Position numbers and translations under genes: made by a program | Source: Desulfatiglandales bacterium | GTDB taxonomy: Bacteria > Desulfobacterota > DSM-4660 > Desulfatiglandales > Desulfatiglandaceae | Direction of reading: 5' to 3' | NCBI GenBank assembly: GCA_963662465.1 | Contig: OY759599.1 | Location: 2,592,001-2,656,000, forward strand | Length of the DNA stretch: 64,000 nt | In this document: positions 17,281 to 27,316 of the stretch, one piece after another | Layout of the letters: each line of letters opens with the position of its first letter | How positions within the stretch are numbered: the stretch's first letter is position 1 | The notes under the pieces: generated by a model | Told to the model about the DNA's origin: nothing | Seen by the model: only the letters and a program-made list of their open reading frames with translations | The model's database searches: none

Positions 17281-17697
17281 TTACTGACCTCCTTTGATGG
17301 CATCTTTCAATCCCTGAAATTTCTTTGAAATAATTTGGGCCATGGCATTGTACATGAGGTTGTTTTCCGACAATTTCGCCATCTCTCTGTCCATGTCAAC
17401 GGTGTTGCCATCCCTTCTCAATAATACCTGCGACGTCTTATCCAAGATCGGCCTCACATCGCCTTCGATGGCGTGTTTACCGGAAAGATGCCGGTGGTGG
17501 GTCCTTTTAATCTCAGCCGTATGCCCGGATCCCTTTGCCTTTTCAAGTTCTTCTTCCACCATGACATCAAAGGCCTTGTAGTTCGGGGTATCCATATTGG
17601 CGATATTCGACATCACCACGGTGTGCTTCGTACTTCTGAGATCCATGGCCCTTTCAAGGAGTTGAAAGGATCCCTTGAATAATCCCTGCGATTCCAT
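17281..17697 (-). CDS. flgB: Basal-body rod protein FlgB
   Basis: NIANMDTPNYKA, DGNTVDMDREM. Confidence 0.96.
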   Translation of the reverse strand: MESQGLFKGSFQLLERAMDLRSTKHTVVMSNIANMDTPNYKAFDVMVEEELEKAKGSGHTAEIKRTHHRHLSGKHAIEGDVRPILDKTSQVLLRRDGNTVDMDREMAKLSENNLMYNAMAQIISKKFQGLKDAIKGGQ

Positions 17698-17703
17698 TTT
17701 CTT

Positions 17704-19056
17704 TCACCCCGTCTGCTCTTCTTTGTATTCTCTGAGTTTGTTTCGCAAAGTTCTGATGCTGATGCCTAACATTTCCGCTGCATGGGTACGGTTGTCGTTC
17801 ATTTGATCCAATGTTGCAAAAATAAGTTTTCGCTCCATCTCCCTCATGGATAGACCGACGCCCATGGGTATGCCGCCGGATTTCACCTCTTCATTTTCTC
17901 CCAGAACAAGATGCTCCGGCGAGATCACATTTCCCTCCGACAGCAGGACGGTCCGATGAATGGTGTTTTCCAGTTCTCTGACGTTCCCCTTCCAGTCAAG
18001 GCCCATCAGGATGGAAATCGCCTTGTCGGATATCGTCATCCCCCGTTTGCCGTTCTCTGAACCATATTTCTTCAAAAAATGATTCGCCAACACGGCAATA
18101 TCCTCTCTTCTTTCCCGCAAAGGCGGAATCTTAATGGGAATAACATTAATCCTGAAAAAAAGGTCTTCCCTGAATTTTCCCTCACTGACCGCCTTTTTCA
18201 GGTCCGCATTAGTGATGGCGATGATTCTCACATGGATCGGGACCGGTTTGCAGCCGCCAACACGGTCGAGAACCCTTTCCTGAATGATTCTCAGAAGCTT
18301 TGCCTGTGTCTGCAGGGGCATCTCGCTGATTTCATCCAGGACAATCGTGCCATGATTGGCCAGCTCAAACTTACCCAGTTTTCGGTTGGCAGCACCGGTA
18401 AAAGCGCCTTTTTCATGTCCAAAAAGTTCACTTTCAGCCAGGGCTTCGGGCAGGGAAGCACAGTTTACCGCAACGTAAGGCTTGTGATTCAAAAGGCTGT
18501 GTTGATGAATATAAGATGCCAGGACTTCCTTTCCCGTACCGCTTTCGCCCTGAATGAGAACGGTGGCATTGCTGGGCGCTACCTTCTTGGCGATTCCCAG
18601 GACATGATGCATTTTGGAACTCCGGGTAATCATTTCCCTGGTTTTTGAAGCGTTCCTCACATCATGGGTTCTACCTTGCGCTTGACCCTTTGAATTTCCG
18701 ACAGCCCTTTTAACCGCCAATTCCAGCGCTTCAAAGGAAAATGGTTTGAGAATATAATCCGAAGCGCCGCATTGCATGGTTTTAACGGCATTGTCAATGG
18801 TGCCGTTTGCTTCGGTCATGATAACCGGAATCCGGGGAGAAATGCTTCTCAATTGCACCAAAACCTCAATGCCGGCCATTTCAAGCAAGTTGACTTCGGA
18901 AATAACCAGTCCGAAGTCATTTTCCCTGAATTTGTTCAACCCCTCTGGTCCGCTGGAAGCCGTGGCAACCGTATGCCCTCCGAGGCTCAAGAGATGAGAG
19001 AGTTCTTTCCTCATCTCCGGTTGATCATCAATAACCAATATGGATTGTCCCGTCAT
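17704..19056 (-). CDS. sigma54-dependent regulator (REC-AAA-HTH; FlbD/FleR-like) heading the flgB operon
   Basis: [32 protein letters not shown]; the receiver has Glu (VISEV) at the usual phospho-Asp. Confidence 0.88.
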   Translation of the reverse strand: MTGQSILVIDDQPEMRKELSHLLSLGGHTVATASSGPEGLNKFRENDFGLVISEVNLLEMAGIEVLVQLRSISPRIPVIMTEANGTIDNAVKTMQCGASDYILKPFSFEALELAVKRAVGNSKGQAQGRTHDVRNASKTREMITRSSKMHHVLGIAKKVAPSNATVLIQGESGTGKEVLASYIHQHSLLNHKPYVAVNCASLPEALAESELFGHEKGAFTGAANRKLGKFELANHGTIVLDEISEMPLQTQAKLLRIIQERVLDRVGGCKPVPIHVRIIAITNADLKKAVSEGKFREDLFFRINVIPIKIPPLRERREDIAVLANHFLKKYGSENGKRGMTISDKAISILMGLDWKGNVRELENTIHRTVLLSEGNVISPEHLVLGENEEVKSGGIPMGVGLSMREMERKLIFATLDQMNDNRTHAAEMLGISIRTLRNKLREYKEEQTG

Positions 19057-19209
19057 CAGGTCGTTCTCTGTCCCAGGTTTTCATTGCCTTAAAAGTTTCT
19101 TAGAATCCACATATTTACAAACCACACCCGACTAACGCTTTTGAATGATGTCATATTGATAAACGCTCATGAATCACACGGGCATTCACCCCCAAACATA
19201 AAAATGACA

Positions 19210-19255
19210 TCTACCGCTTTTAAGCTAACGGCTAACAGCTAATCGCTAACAGCTG
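19210..19255. repeat. Dispersed intergenic repeat, copy 1 (GCTAAC-type heptamer runs)
   Basis: 43/46 identical to the reverse complement of 47916-47961; weaker similarity continues into both flanks. Confidence 0.8.
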
Positions 19256-19268
19256 CGTTTTTATGATA

Positions 19269-19284
19269 AGCAAAAAATATGCCG
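19269..19284 (-). promoter_or_regulatory. sigma54 promoter for the regulator-flgBC-fliEFGHIJ operon
   Basis: Minus strand CGGCAT-ATTTT-TTGCT. Confidence 0.75.
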
Positions 19285-19390
19285 TAAATTTTACTAAGGA
19301 CCGACAGAGGGAAAAGCCATTGAAATTATGGGATTGACGTCAACATGTTGGTAAAATCGAAAAGACGCCGCGATAAAACACCTTCACATG

Positions 19391-19406
19391 CGTCACTTTT
19401 TTGACG
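19391..19406. promoter_or_regulatory. Candidate FleQ/FlrA-type upstream activator site
   Basis: Palindrome CGTCA-CTTTTT-TGACG about 110 bp upstream of the sigma54 promoter; resembles the GTCA-N6-TGAC FleQ box. Confidence 0.5.
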
Positions 19407-19476
19407 TGGTGGACGGCAATTCTCATTTTGGAATGATAAATTGTTCTACAGAATGGATTAATTCCTAAACAGGTTC

Positions 19477-20577
19477 TTAGGCGGGAACTTGTTGTAACTT
19501 GTGCCTTTTAATCTTTTCCACGAGGGTTGTTCTGTTGAGATGAAGGAGTTTGGCAGCCTTGTTTTTTATCCAGTTGGTCCTTTGCAAAGATTCAAGAATC
19601 AAAGTCTTTTCGAACTCCGTCACGGCGGTATTCAGGTTGATGCCGTCCTCTGAAATTTCTACGGATGGCGATTTGATATTGCCGCCGGCTCGCTTTATGT
19701 TTTCGGGTAAGTCTTCGGGCTCGATGATTCCTTCTCCCTTCAAAACCACAAACCTTTCAACCATGTTCTTCAACTCTCTCACATTCCCCGGCCAAGGGTG
19801 CTGAGTAAGCAACCCCATGGCATCCTTTGACAGTTCTTGAACATCAGCGTCATTTTTCCGATTGAATTCCATCAAGAAGTGTGACACGAGCAGGGAGATA
19901 TCTGATTTCCGCTCTCTGAGGGGAGGCACCTTAACCGGAATCACATTGAGTCGGTAGTAGAGATCTTCTCGAAAGGTTTTCTCCCGCACCAAAGCCTCCA
20001 GATCACGGTGGGTTGCCGCAAGTATTCTGACTTCCGCAATCATGGTTTTGACGCCGCCAACCTGTTCGAATTCCTTCTCTTCCAATACCCTCAGGATTTT
20101 GACTTGGAGACTGGGCGACATGTCGCCGATTTCATCCAGAAAAATGGTCCCCCCTTTGGCCAATTCAAATTTCCCCGCCTTTGAGGCCGTAGCGCCCGTA
20201 AAAGCGCCCCTTACATGCCCGAATAGCTCACTTTCCAAAAGGTTTTCGGGAATAGCACCGCAGTTTATGGTGATAAAGGGCTTATCTTTTCGTTTCGAAT
20301 TTCCATGAATCGCACGGGCGATCAAGCCTTTACCGGAACCGCTTTCCCCATTGATAATAACCGTGCTGTCGCTTCGAGCCACCCTTCCGACCAGCTTGAA
20401 GATTTCCCGCATTCCGGCGCTTTGCCCAATAATGCCATCGGATCTCTCAAAATCCAATGCCAATCTTTCTCGACCGGACAAACCGTCCGTCAATTTCAGA
20501 CCGTTGCTTTCAGAAACGACTTCCCTGGTGGCTACCTTCAACACTTTCTCTCCTCCTCGACTCTTCTTGCCCCGCAA
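19477..20577 (-). CDS. sigma54 activator without a receiver domain (FleQ/FlrA-like AAA-HTH)
   Basis: [42 protein letters not shown] end typical of FleQ/FlrA; start uncertain. Confidence 0.85.
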   Translation of the reverse strand: MRGKKSRGGEKVLKVATREVVSESNGLKLTDGLSGRERLALDFERSDGIIGQSAGMREIFKLVGRVARSDSTVIINGESGSGKGLIARAIHGNSKRKDKPFITINCGAIPENLLESELFGHVRGAFTGATASKAGKFELAKGGTIFLDEIGDMSPSLQVKILRVLEEKEFEQVGGVKTMIAEVRILAATHRDLEALVREKTFREDLYYRLNVIPVKVPPLRERKSDISLLVSHFLMEFNRKNDADVQELSKDAMGLLTQHPWPGNVRELKNMVERFVVLKGEGIIEPEDLPENIKRAGGNIKSPSVEISEDGINLNTAVTEFEKTLILESLQRTNWIKNKAAKLLHLNRTTLVEKIKRHKLQQVPA

Positions 20578-20679
20578 AACACCACAAAAGCCAGGTTCTA
20601 AATGGCTGAAGCCACATTCTCAATCAATACTATCCCCAAAAACAATAAGTCCTGTCAGGGAATTGCAACCTTAACTAAC

Positions 20680-20695
20680 AGCAAGGCTTATGCCA
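20680..20695 (-). promoter_or_regulatory. sigma54 promoter for the FleQ-like gene
   Basis: Minus strand TGGCAT-AAGCC-TTGCT. Confidence 0.75.
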
Positions 20696-20808
20696 CAATC
20701 TCCCCGCAAACCCTCTCAATAATATTTTATACAATGATATTAATGGTTTAACAGAAAAAAACAATACAAACCGCAGATCCATTATCAAATCCCATCCCGC
20801 ACAATTCA

Positions 20809-20934
20809 TTGCAAAATGCAAAAACCGTGACCGATTAGAACGTCAACGCTCCCCGGCATGGTTAAATTTCAGTACGGAATTCAGAGTAATCAAGCGAAAT
20901 ATGCAAAATGCAATGTTGTTTTTGCATATTGCAA
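20809..20934. promoter_or_regulatory. Three TGCA-N3-TGCA palindromes (candidate enhancer sites)
   Basis: TTGCAAAATGCAA 20809-20821, ATGCAAAATGCAA 20901-20913, TTGCATATTGCAA 20922-20934; 110-240 bp upstream of the sigma54 promoter. Confidence 0.5.
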
Positions 20935-20937
20935 AAT

Positions 20938-22341
20938 TTATTCACGGATTTTGTATTTCGCAATCTTTCGGTAGAGGGTACTCGCATCAATTTCCAAGAG
21001 TTTTGCCGCCTGAACTTTTTTTCCGTCGGTTTTAAGGAGTGCCTTCCTGATAAGTGTCCTTTCATTTTCACGCAGCGAAAATGTGGGAATGTCCTTTTCA
21101 CAGCGCACTCCCGGCGCATCACGGATCTCAGCGGGAAGATCGATCAATTCAATTGATTCGCCCTGCCCCAATGCAAAAGCCCTTTCGACGACATTTTCCA
21201 ATTCCCTGACATTGCCGGGCCAATCATAGTCCAGCAAAGTATACATGGCTTCCGGGGAAATTCGTTTCACATCCCTCTTATTTCCGGTTCGCCCGAATTT
21301 GTTGATAAAATAGTTCGTCAGCAACGGGATGTCTTCGTTCCGTTCCCTCAAAGGCGGCATCTTGATGGAAATGACGTTAAGCCGGTAGAAAAGATCCTTT
21401 CGCAAGCGCCCGGCGGTCAGAAGCTCCCGTGCGTGCCTGTTCGTAGCGGCAATAATCCTCACATCCACCTTTAATTCGCTTGAAGCGCCTACGGGTCTGA
21501 TTTTTTTTTCTTGAATTGCCCTGAGGAGCTTGACCTGCAATTGTTGAGGCATCTCGGAAATCTCGTCCAGAAAAATCGTCCCCCCTTCGGCGGCCTCAAA
21601 AAGACCGACCCTGTCCCTTATGGCCCCCGTAAACGCTCCTTTCACATGTCCGAAAAGCTCACTTTCCAGTATCCCCTCAACGATGGCGCTGCAATTCAAC
21701 GAAACAAACGGTTTGTCCCGACGGTCGCTGCTTTTCTGAATCACCTTGGCAACCACCTCTTTCCCCGTGCCACTCTCCCCCTGGATCAAAACAGTGGGAC
21801 CCTTTTGGCTGATCCTGGCAATAATCTCATAGATCTGCTGCATCTTGGGACTTGCGCCAATCAGTTCATCATATCGGTATCTTTCCTGCAATCTGCCTTT
21901 AAGAAGAATATTTTCCTTCTGTAGATTCCTCTTTTCGCAAATCCGATCGATAAGATGCTTGACGCGATCCAGCTTGATCGGTTTTTGAAGATAGTCGTAT
22001 CCTCCCAGTTTCAGCGCTTCCACAGCGGATGTTACAGTCCCGTAACCCGTAAGAATAATCACTTCGATTTCGGGTCGGTATTCCTTTATGGCTTTCAAAA
22101 GTTCAAGACCGCTGAACTTCGGCATCTTCAGATCGGTAAAAACAATATCAAAATCCCTTGTTTTTACCAGCTCAAGCGCCTTTAGGCCGCTATCAACAAC
22201 CGTTATGTCGTATCCTTTCCGGGAAAGATACTCTTCCACCGTAAAACGAATTTCCGACTCATCATCAACGAAGAGTATTTCAGCCCTCTCAAGAGTTTTT
22301 CCGGCGCTCTCCCGATCATCAGCAGATGCTTCAAAATCCAT
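20938..22341 (-). CDS. NtrC-family sigma54-dependent response regulator
   Basis: REC (FVDDE, FTDLKMP, LQKP), [24 protein letters not shown]. Confidence 0.93.
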   Translation of the reverse strand: MDFEASADDRESAGKTLERAEILFVDDESEIRFTVEEYLSRKGYDITVVDSGLKALELVKTRDFDIVFTDLKMPKFSGLELLKAIKEYRPEIEVIILTGYGTVTSAVEALKLGGYDYLQKPIKLDRVKHLIDRICEKRNLQKENILLKGRLQERYRYDELIGASPKMQQIYEIIARISQKGPTVLIQGESGTGKEVVAKVIQKSSDRRDKPFVSLNCSAIVEGILESELFGHVKGAFTGAIRDRVGLFEAAEGGTIFLDEISEMPQQLQVKLLRAIQEKKIRPVGASSELKVDVRIIAATNRHARELLTAGRLRKDLFYRLNVISIKMPPLRERNEDIPLLTNYFINKFGRTGNKRDVKRISPEAMYTLLDYDWPGNVRELENVVERAFALGQGESIELIDLPAEIRDAPGVRCEKDIPTFSLRENERTLIRKALLKTDGKKVQAAKLLEIDASTLYRKIAKYKIRE

Positions 22342-22356
22342 CCGACATCAATCCCA

Positions 22357-23802
22357 TTATTTGAAGCTCCTGATCCGTTCCATACGGCTAATCACTTCAG
22401 TGACGCGTATCCCGTATTTACCCTTCTCTACAACAACCTCCCCCCTGGCAATCAACTGGTTATTGGCAAAGATATCCAGCTTTTCATCTTCGATATTGTC
22501 AAATACCACCGAGGACCCGGGGCGCAGTTCACGCAATTCATGGATCTTCATCCTGGTGCGGCCCAATTCAACGGTGACTTCGATGGGAATATCAAGGATG
22601 AAATCGATATTTCTGGAAAGCTCTACGGCATCCGTTTCCACCGTTTCTTCAGGGATACCCCAATCCGCCCCGCCGGTCCCATCGCCGAATAGAGCATCCG
22701 CTTCAGGCGATGGTTCAATAACAGGATTCAACGCAACCAGTGATTCCTCATTTCCGGTTTCATCTTCCACAGCGTCGGGAATAACAACATTTTCATCAAT
22801 TTTGACGCAAACTTCCACAAAAATATCATGATCGTAAAATCGAAAGGAAAAACGCTCGTATCTCGCCATATTGAGGACTTCGATCTTGAAATCATTTCCG
22901 GTGGTAATGGAAGGGTGGGAAATCTCGCACAAAAGCCCGGAATCAGAAAAACCACCCTTCAGATTACCCCCAACAATATTGCACATCTCCCCAACAACGT
23001 CTTTGATCTCCTCATCATCCTGGACCTCTTCCAGCGGCCGATCAATCATTTTCCCCGTTATGATGCGGGCAAAAGGTCTACCCACGATAATGCTGACAAC
23101 CCCCATCACATCGCCCGCAAAATTAACGGAAGCAACAAACCGATCCCCCTGAGACATCAAATCATTGGCGGCATCACAGGCTTCAAGCTTCATGGAGAGC
23201 ATCAATTCAAACATCTCGATCAATGTATCCCCGGCAGTGGAAATAATATCCAGCCGTTTGAATTTCGTGACATCGATGTTCGTGAGTTTCTTTATGGCCT
23301 CGGGGAACGCGTCTTCTCCTAATTTTACACACACTTCAACCAATATGTGGTGTTCACCCATTGCGCTGCAATGGAAGATGAAGCGTTCGTATCTCGCCAT
23401 ATTGAGGGTTACGATATCAAAATCGCTGCCCATTGTAATGGCAGGCGTGGAAATAACGCAGGGGAGTCCGTGGTCATTCAGCGCGGATTTCAAGTTTCCC
23501 GCCAGGATATTGCATGTTTCCAGGATGACATCCTTGACTTCGTCCTCACCTTCCAGGTCCTCCAAATCCATACCGAGCATTTCCGTGGTCATGATGCGGG
23601 CAAAAGCATCGCTCACCTCTATTCGGTACGTTCCAACCACATCACCCGCGAAACTGATGGATCCGGAAATTTTGGTTCCCTGATCGTCCGGCGACGGATT
23701 TTCGTCGATTAACGACGCCTCCAGGGAGAGCATTGTTTCAAAAAACCCCGTCACGGCCTCGACAACATTGCCTTTTATATCAAAAACCTGAATTTCATCC
23801 AT
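22357..23802 (-). CDS. fliN: CheX-CheX-FliN fusion (switch protein with two phosphatase-like domains)
   Basis: Two internal repeats with ExxN motifs (ETCNILAG, EMCNIVGG); C-terminal ILDIPIEVTVELGRT...IARGEVVV...YGIRVTEV FliN domain. Confidence 0.8.
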   Translation of the reverse strand: MDEIQVFDIKGNVVEAVTGFFETMLSLEASLIDENPSPDDQGTKISGSISFAGDVVGTYRIEVSDAFARIMTTEMLGMDLEDLEGEDEVKDVILETCNILAGNLKSALNDHGLPCVISTPAITMGSDFDIVTLNMARYERFIFHCSAMGEHHILVEVCVKLGEDAFPEAIKKLTNIDVTKFKRLDIISTAGDTLIEMFELMLSMKLEACDAANDLMSQGDRFVASVNFAGDVMGVVSIIVGRPFARIITGKMIDRPLEEVQDDEEIKDVVGEMCNIVGGNLKGGFSDSGLLCEISHPSITTGNDFKIEVLNMARYERFSFRFYDHDIFVEVCVKIDENVVIPDAVEDETGNEESLVALNPVIEPSPEADALFGDGTGGADWGIPEETVETDAVELSRNIDFILDIPIEVTVELGRTRMKIHELRELRPGSSVVFDNIEDEKLDIFANNQLIARGEVVVEKGKYGIRVTEVISRMERIRSFK

Positions 23803-23837
23803 ACTTTTATCAACTTCCAGCTGGATCCAACAACGGA

Positions 23838-24494
23838 TCAGGCGCCCAAATACTCCTTTACGAGAGCCAACATCACACTTATCTTGGTCGGTTTCGGAAG
23901 AACCGGATAACCGTATTTAGAAACCTCCTTATCCAATTCCTTCTTCAAGGACCTTACGCCGAAAAAACCGCTGATATAAATTACTTTTATGCCACGATCC
24001 GCTTTTCTGATTTTCCTCACAAGCTCAAGTCCGTTCATCCGAGGCATAACAATATCGGTAAAGACCAGGTCCGGTTTAAATTTACGATAAATCTCATACC
24101 CCACATCTCCATCCACGGCGACCCTGACATCGTAGCCTTCCAATTGAAAGACCTCTTTCAGCGTCGCCTGCAAACCAAATTCATCCTCCACAACCAGGAT
24201 CTTTTTCTTTTTTGAAGTTTTTCGCTCTCCCTCCTTTTGAAAAATCCCCACAAGCGTTTTATCCTTTGCCCTATTCAGCAATCCTTGCACCTGATTGAGT
24301 CTTTGCTGAAGCGCCTTTGCTTTTTCAGGGTTTTGTGGATTCAAATCCGGATGGTAAACCTTGTTCAAAAGGCGATAGCCGGATCTGATATAGGACACGG
24401 CAGCGTCTTCGCCCAACTCGGTGTAAATCTCTCTCGCTTTCTCCAGCAGTCCTAAAGCGTCAAGCTCCTTTTCCAGATCCACTTCGTTATTCAT
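23838..24494 (-). CDS. J-domain-like (HPD) plus receiver domain protein
   Basis: Start reassigned to MNNEV just after bioB; YRLLNKVYHPDLNP helix-HPD-helix; ILVVEDE...FTDIVMP...KP receiver. Confidence 0.78.
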   Translation of the reverse strand: MNNEVDLEKELDALGLLEKAREIYTELGEDAAVSYIRSGYRLLNKVYHPDLNPQNPEKAKALQQRLNQVQGLLNRAKDKTLVGIFQKEGERKTSKKKKILVVEDEFGLQATLKEVFQLEGYDVRVAVDGDVGYEIYRKFKPDLVFTDIVMPRMNGLELVRKIRKADRGIKVIYISGFFGVRSLKKELDKEVSKYGYPVLPKPTKISVMLALVKEYLGA

Positions 24495-24499
24495 TTCTT

Positions 24500-25495
24500 T
24501 CAGCTCTCCGTGTTCTTCTCGCTGACCTTCAAGCCCAGCCCGTTCAGCATTTCCAAATCCTTTTGAAGGGTACGCCCATCGGTGGTGAGGTAATTGCCGG
24601 TCATCATACCATTGGCGCCCGCCTCGAAAATCCGGGAATGATGATCCCCCAGGCTGGCTTCTCTTCCACCGCAAACCAGAATGGCGGCATTCGGCAAAAC
24701 ATACCGGAAAAGCGAGATTATTTTGAGGCACCGCATGGGAGAGACCCTTGAATAATGCGCCATGGGCGTTCCTTCGATGGGCGACAGGAAATTAATGGGA
24801 ACGGCATCCACATTCAAATCCTTCAGGGCCAAGGCCAGTTCAAGGACCTGCTCATCCGTCTCCCCAATCCCGAAGATACCGCCGGAACATACGGAAAGAC
24901 CCGCCCTTTTCGCGTCCAGGACACAGTTCACCCGTTCCTCATAGGTGTGGGTGGTACACATGTTGGTAAAATGGCTCTTGGCGGTTTCCAGGTTGTGGTG
25001 ATAACGACTCACTCCCGCTTTCCTTAACACTTGAAAATCCTCGGGACCTAGAATGCCAAGGGAAACGCAGGTTTTGATCCTGGAAGGATCCAATGCACCG
25101 AGGGCTTTTGCAACAGCCGCCACCTCATGGGCAGGCAAACCTCTCCCGCTGGTCACGACGGCATATCGGTTAATGGGCGTTTCCGACGCATATTCACCAC
25201 CCGCCATGAGTTCTTCCCGGTTCATAAGGGGATAAACGCTCGCCTTTGTTTTTGAAAATGCGGACTGAGAACAAAAAGCGCAATCCTCGCTGCACTTTCC
25301 CGATTTGCCGTTGCAGATGGTGCATAAGTGAATCTCGGAACCGAAATGGGCCTTGCGAATCCGGTCCGCTCCCGCCATGAGCATGGGCGCATCTTGGGTC
25401 GGCGTATCCACGATAATCCTGTAGGCTTCGATACCGAGGGGTTTCCCCGCCAGGATATTTTCAGTTAAAATATTCAGTTCTTTTTTTCTATCCAT
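24500..25495 (-). CDS. bioB: Biotin synthase
   Basis: CSEDCAFC radical-SAM motif, YHHNLET, VCSGGIFGIGET, VPINFL; start overlaps the bioD stop (TAATG). Confidence 0.96.
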   Translation of the reverse strand: MDRKKELNILTENILAGKPLGIEAYRIIVDTPTQDAPMLMAGADRIRKAHFGSEIHLCTICNGKSGKCSEDCAFCSQSAFSKTKASVYPLMNREELMAGGEYASETPINRYAVVTSGRGLPAHEVAAVAKALGALDPSRIKTCVSLGILGPEDFQVLRKAGVSRYHHNLETAKSHFTNMCTTHTYEERVNCVLDAKRAGLSVCSGGIFGIGETDEQVLELALALKDLNVDAVPINFLSPIEGTPMAHYSRVSPMRCLKIISLFRYVLPNAAILVCGGREASLGDHHSRIFEAGANGMMTGNYLTTDGRTLQKDLEMLNGLGLKVSEKNTES

Positions 25496-26133
25496 TATAA
25501 TGATGTCCCAAAACATCGGCGAAAGGCATCCTTTAACGTTGCCCCGTCGATGCGCTCCAAAGGTTCAATTTCAGCGCAAACCGCTGTGTTTCCGTAATGT
25601 TCAATGGCCTTTCGGTTATCTGAATTCCGAGGACCGTTCATCACCACGCCCAACACCGGCAAACCATGGTTTTTCAGCATCGCCAATGACAGCAGGGTAT
25701 GGTTGATGGTGCCGAGGCCACTTTTTGCCACCAGCAGAATCGGAAGCTGAAGTTTTTTCATAAGATCCAGCATCAGGTGATGTTCGTTCAGGGGAACCAT
25801 TATCCCCCCCGCCCCTTCCACGATAAGATGCCCCCCGGGGATTTGGGGGAGGACCATTGATTCGAGATCAATGCAAATCCCATCTTTTGCCGCCGCAACA
25901 TGGGGCGACAGGGGAAACCGAAATCGGTAGGTTTCAGGGAAAAAATGAGTTGACGGCAAGCCGGTCATCTCCCGCACCCATGCCGTATCCGTTTTCTCCA
26001 AAAGACCGCTTTGAACGGGCTTCCAGTATCGGGCTGAAAGGCCCGCCGCCAGAATGGCGCTCACCATGGTTTTACCCACGCCGGTGCCCGTTCCGGCAAC
26101 AAATATCCGGGGAGGCAGATCAAGGGTTCCCAT
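25495..26133 (-). CDS. bioD: Dethiobiotin synthase
   Basis: GTGTGVGKT, YWKPVQSG, VEGAGG, LGTINHT. Confidence 0.96.
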   Translation of the reverse strand: MGTLDLPPRIFVAGTGTGVGKTMVSAILAAGLSARYWKPVQSGLLEKTDTAWVREMTGLPSTHFFPETYRFRFPLSPHVAAAKDGICIDLESMVLPQIPGGHLIVEGAGGIMVPLNEHHLMLDLMKKLQLPILLVAKSGLGTINHTLLSLAMLKNHGLPVLGVVMNGPRNSDNRKAIEHYGNTAVCAEIEPLERIDGATLKDAFRRCFGTSL

Positions 26134-27316
26134 AAGAGTTCCCTTCTTTAAACAGTTGAGTGAGATATTCCAGATGCGCCATCGTATGATTGGCGGAAAG
26201 GGCCAGACGAATTCTTGACTGACCTTCGGGCACGGTGGGCGGACGAATTGCCGTGGCCAACACCCCCTTGCTTTTCAGATGGCTTGAAAGGGCCAAAACC
26301 GCCATCTCATCACCCACCATCACCGGAATAATCTGCGTATTGGAGGCCCCGGTTCGCCATCCCAGATGTTGCAGCTGCAACCTCAAAAAATCCGCTTTCG
26401 CATGGAGTTCTTTTCGTTCTTCATCCATGCCGGGAATAAGCTCGAGGGCGGCATCGATGGAACCGATCACCGACGGCGGCATGGCCGTTGAGTAGATAAA
26501 CCCCGCACAGCAGTTCACCAGGTAATCCCTAAGCTTCCGAGAACATGCCGCATAGGCCCCAAAGGAACCGCATGCCTTTCCGAAGGTGCCAATGATTAAA
26601 TCCACGCCCTTGCCGCAGCAAAGCCCCATGCCCCGTGGCCCCAGAACGCCGGTGGCATGGGCCTCATCCACCACCAGCAACGCATCATAGGCGCGGGAAA
26701 GTTCAACCAGGGCCGCGATATCGCTCTGATCGCCATCCATGCTGAAGACGGACTCGGTGACAATCAGACGTCGTGCCCTCGTGGAATTAAAACAGGGGCC
26801 CTTGTCCATATTTTCCTTGAGGAGTTCTTCCAGGTGCGCCGGATCATTGTGCCTGAAGCGAAGCACATGGCAGCGGGAGAGCAATGTTCCTTGAATAATG
26901 CTGCTGTGATTCAATTCATCCGAAAAAATCAAAGTCTGCCGATCCGCCAAAGCCGGCAGGATGGACACATTTGCCTGAAATCCCGAATTAAGAATCAACG
27001 CGGTTTCGGTCCCTTTCAGGGCCGCCAGTTTTTCCTCCACCACCTGAAAGCAGTCATAGGTGCCGCAAATCAAGCGCGATGCCGTAGCGCCCGCCCCATA
27101 ACGTTCTGTAAATTCAACGGCTCTTTTGATGACCAGGGGATGTTTTGAAAGACCCAGGTAATCATTGGAACAGAAGTTCACAATCTTTCGACCCTCGATG
27201 CGAACATCCACCCCCTCAAGGGGCATCACGGACTGCAACTGCCTGAGGTGTGATTGCCGCTGGCGCCGGTACAGCTCCTCCTCTATGAATTGATATTTAG
27301 TCATGTGAACACTCAC
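26120..27316 (-). CDS. bioF: 8-amino-7-oxononanoate synthase
   Basis: [35 protein letters not shown]. Confidence 0.96.
   Translation of the reverse strand: MSVHMTKYQFIEEELYRRQRQSHLRQLQSVMPLEGVDVRIEGRKIVNFCSNDYLGLSKHPLVIKRAVEFTERYGAGATASRLICGTYDCFQVVEEKLAALKGTETALILNSGFQANVSILPALADRQTLIFSDELNHSSIIQGTLLSRCHVLRFRHNDPAHLEELLKENMDKGPCFNSTRARRLIVTESVFSMDGDQSDIAALVELSRAYDALLVVDEAHATGVLGPRGMGLCCGKGVDLIIGTFGKACGSFGAYAACSRKLRDYLVNCCAGFIYSTAMPPSVIGSIDAALELIPGMDEERKELHAKADFLRLQLQHLGWRTGASNTQIIPVMVGDEMAVLALSSHLKSKGVLATAIRPPTVPEGQSRIRLALSANHTMAHLEYLTQLFKEGNSYGNP

Noticed and set aside
24495..24731. N-terminal extension of the 297-aa ORF 23838-24731
   Set aside because: It overlaps bioB in another frame; the Met at 24494 gives a clean start
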